Part shown: positions 62,776-64,000 of the stretch, one piece after another | Numbering within the stretch: position 1 is the stretch's first letter | How the letters are laid out: each line of letters starts with the position of its first letter | Assembly: GCA_026394595.1 (NCBI GenBank) | Contig: JAPKXX010000045.1 | Span: forward strand, 4,024 to 68,023 | From: Methanoregula sp. | Lineage (GTDB): Archaea; Halobacteriota; Methanomicrobia; Methanomicrobiales; Methanospirillaceae | DNA: 64,000 nt | Direction: 5' to 3' | Notes under the pieces: generated by a model | Told to the model about the DNA's origin: nothing | The model's database searches: none | What the model saw: only the letters and a program-made list of their open reading frames with translations | Program-made: the position numbers and the translations under genes

Positions 62776-63573
62776 TCAATTGGGAGGAATCCAATAACCT
62801 CTTACTTTCCAACCCGGACCTTGCCCTGGAGTATAAACAAGCAATTTGGAAGCTTGGGGAAGCGCAGCAGAAAAAGCGAATTTCATCATATTGCGGATAT
62901 CTGTATCGTGAATTTTGTTGATTCTATTGAACAGAATTGAGAGTGCTATAAGATTTCGCTTGCTGAAAAGATCAGATACTTTTGTACCTTTTGCGATGTT
63001 TACTCTAGTATTCCAAATTAGCTCGTTTTTGGGATACCAATAAGGTATTTTCTTTTTTTCAATATCAGTAATTTTTTTTATGTCTGTGGTTGTTAAATCC
63101 TTGATACCTTTATCCTTACAATTTCCATTTTCACATTCATAGGCAATCTTATTGGGTTTGTTATTCGAATATGTGATATAATAAATTATAGCATCATTGC
63201 GACATTTTGGGCAAGAGGTTTTAAAATAACTTAAAATTTCATCTTTTACATCGGTCTCAATTTTTGTAAATTCTTTTTTCAAACTGGTGATACTTATAGG
63301 CAACGCAGTTAAAGATGCAATAAAGTTTCCAACCTGATCAAGATCAACACCAATTGCTTTGCGTCCCAATCCGAGAGCTTCAATCGCTGTTACACCTGAT
63401 CCAGAAAACGGGTCAAGGACGATATCACCCTTTTTGGAATAATGTTCGATATATGTTGCAACAACATTGTCTGGTTTTCTAGCCCAATATTTGTGAATAT
63501 TATACATTGGAGGATGAAGGCGAGCAACCAATGCATGATTAATATGTGAGATTGATTCACTTTTCGCTTTCAT
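62776..63573 (-). CDS. DNA methyltransferase, N-terminal ORF (SAM motif I plus zinc ribbon)
   Basis: It contains KYWARKP...VLDPFSGSGVTAIEA (FxGxG) and CPKC...CENGNC. It ends at the TGA at 62776-62778, in frame with the downstream ORF. Confidence 0.75.
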   Translation of the reverse strand: MKAKSESISHINHALVARLHPPMYNIHKYWARKPDNVVATYIEHYSKKGDIVLDPFSGSGVTAIEALGLGRKAIGVDLDQVGNFIASLTALPISITSLKKEFTKIETDVKDEILSYFKTSCPKCRNDAIIYYITYSNNKPNKIAYECENGNCKDKGIKDLTTTDIKKITDIEKKKIPYWYPKNELIWNTRVNIAKGTKVSDLFSKRNLIALSILFNRINKIHDTDIRNMMKFAFSAALPQASKLLVYTPGQGPGWKVRGYWIPPN

Positions 63574-63757
63574 TCAAAATCACTTGTCCTTTTGATGTAT
63601 TTACAACATTATAAATGAAAAACCAACCGATTTAAAACTTGAAAAGTCCCGCCATTTATCAGCGCGATCAAAATAGCGCGAAGTCCCGCGAAGTTATCAG
63701 AACCCAAAAAGGGGAGAATTAAATAAGTGGAAGATTCACCCCCATCCGCCACTATAC

Positions 63758-63811
63758 CAAGATCCGTAAAAAACACAGGTTCGTCGTCTGACGAGATATT
63801 CGGAGGTACTG
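63758..63811 (-). repeat. Outer terminal inverted repeat, right
   Basis: It is the reverse complement of 55277-55330 with 7 mismatches. Two GCGGGACTT-type subterminal motifs lie at 63643-63655 and 63681-63690. Confidence 0.85.
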
Positions 63812-64000
63812 GACAAATACCTTCTTGACGGTATAAACTGCCGGCAGGTGTATAGTAGCGATACCGACTCTCTCAGATGGATCCCGGAACTTATTGCTCA
63901 TCATCGGGGGAACATTCCGTCGGCATTTCTATCAGATAAGATATTAATTGCCGATAATTTCGGCAATAAACTATTATAGATTTTTTTTCATGTAATTTTA

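Larger units (their letters stand above)
55277..63811. mobile_element. IR-bounded 8.5-kb AT-rich element with 5-bp direct repeat (candidate transposon or non-autonomous element)
   Basis: The 54-nt terminal inverted repeats match at 47 of 54 positions. GACAA lies immediately outside both tips (55272-55276 and 63812-63816). The interior is AT-rich accessory genes. Confidence 0.5.

Noticed and set aside
59993-62778. Idea that the island uses a TGA=Trp (or other) alternative genetic code
   Set aside because: TGA appears to be a genuine terminator in the same island. For the rSAM gene at 59095-59097 the next gene starts 20 nt later in another frame. The Panacea-like gene ends in an ATGA overlap. 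TGA also terminates many core genes. Two TGG-to-TGA mutations are more parsimonious. It is kept only as an alternative to test.
63770-63978. Open frame running out of the right IR (…VRRLTRYSEVLDKYLLDGINCRQVYSSDTDSLRWIPELIAHHRGN…)
   Set aside because: It has no plausible start codon after the upstream TAA and I recognise no family. Joining it to the sequence left of 52925 does not restore a longer ORF. It could be a gene fragment, but this is not supportable.

Overview
Archaeal chromosome segment, euryarchaeal and probably Methanomicrobia-like. This is inferred from the split rpoB''/rpoB' genes, aIF/eIF-type factors, ribosomal proteins L30e/L39e/L31e/LX/S19e/L21e and a non-acidic proteome. It is not proven from this window. 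Two very different parts. (1) 1-52.7 kb is a dense, comparatively GC-rich core. It holds the rpoB''-B'-A'-A''-L30e-NusA operon, tRNA-Arg(TCT), leuS, hisI, cobQ, exonuclease VII, purN and a long conserved translation/SRP block (Rpp21, S19e, PDCD5-like, L39e, L31e, aIF6, LX, prefoldin alpha, FtsY, SRP54, TrmY, Pus10, L21e, RpoF, KsgA), plus a P-type ATPase. Embedded at 16.2-27.2 kb is a Tad/Epd-like type IV filament locus: an A24 prepilin peptidase, a MinD/ParA ATPase, a secretion ATPase and two separate TadB/TadC-like platform proteins. It is interleaved with three Roadblock/LC7-like and three DUF4388-like domains and a double V4R protein, with no obvious pilin gene. (2) 52.7-64 kb is a visibly AT-rich mosaic of mobile DNA wrapped around a native-looking ilvC. 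It contains a 5'-truncated and a full-length DDE transposase, an endonuclease-III-like gene remnant and three families of inverted repeats. These repeats define nested elements: an 8.5 kb segment (55277-63811) with 54-nt ends and a 5-bp direct repeat GACAA, and inside it a 4.7 kb segment (56527-61212) with 59-nt ends. Cargo comprises a Panacea-like/PIN toxin-antitoxin pair and an RHH / radical-SAM (SplB-like) / TcmP-like cassette of unknown function. It also includes a small PD-(D/E)XK-like protein and a large DNA methyltransferase. TcmP and the methyltransferase each carry an in-frame TGA, and TcmP also has a poly-T frameshift. No rRNA genes or CRISPR arrays were seen.
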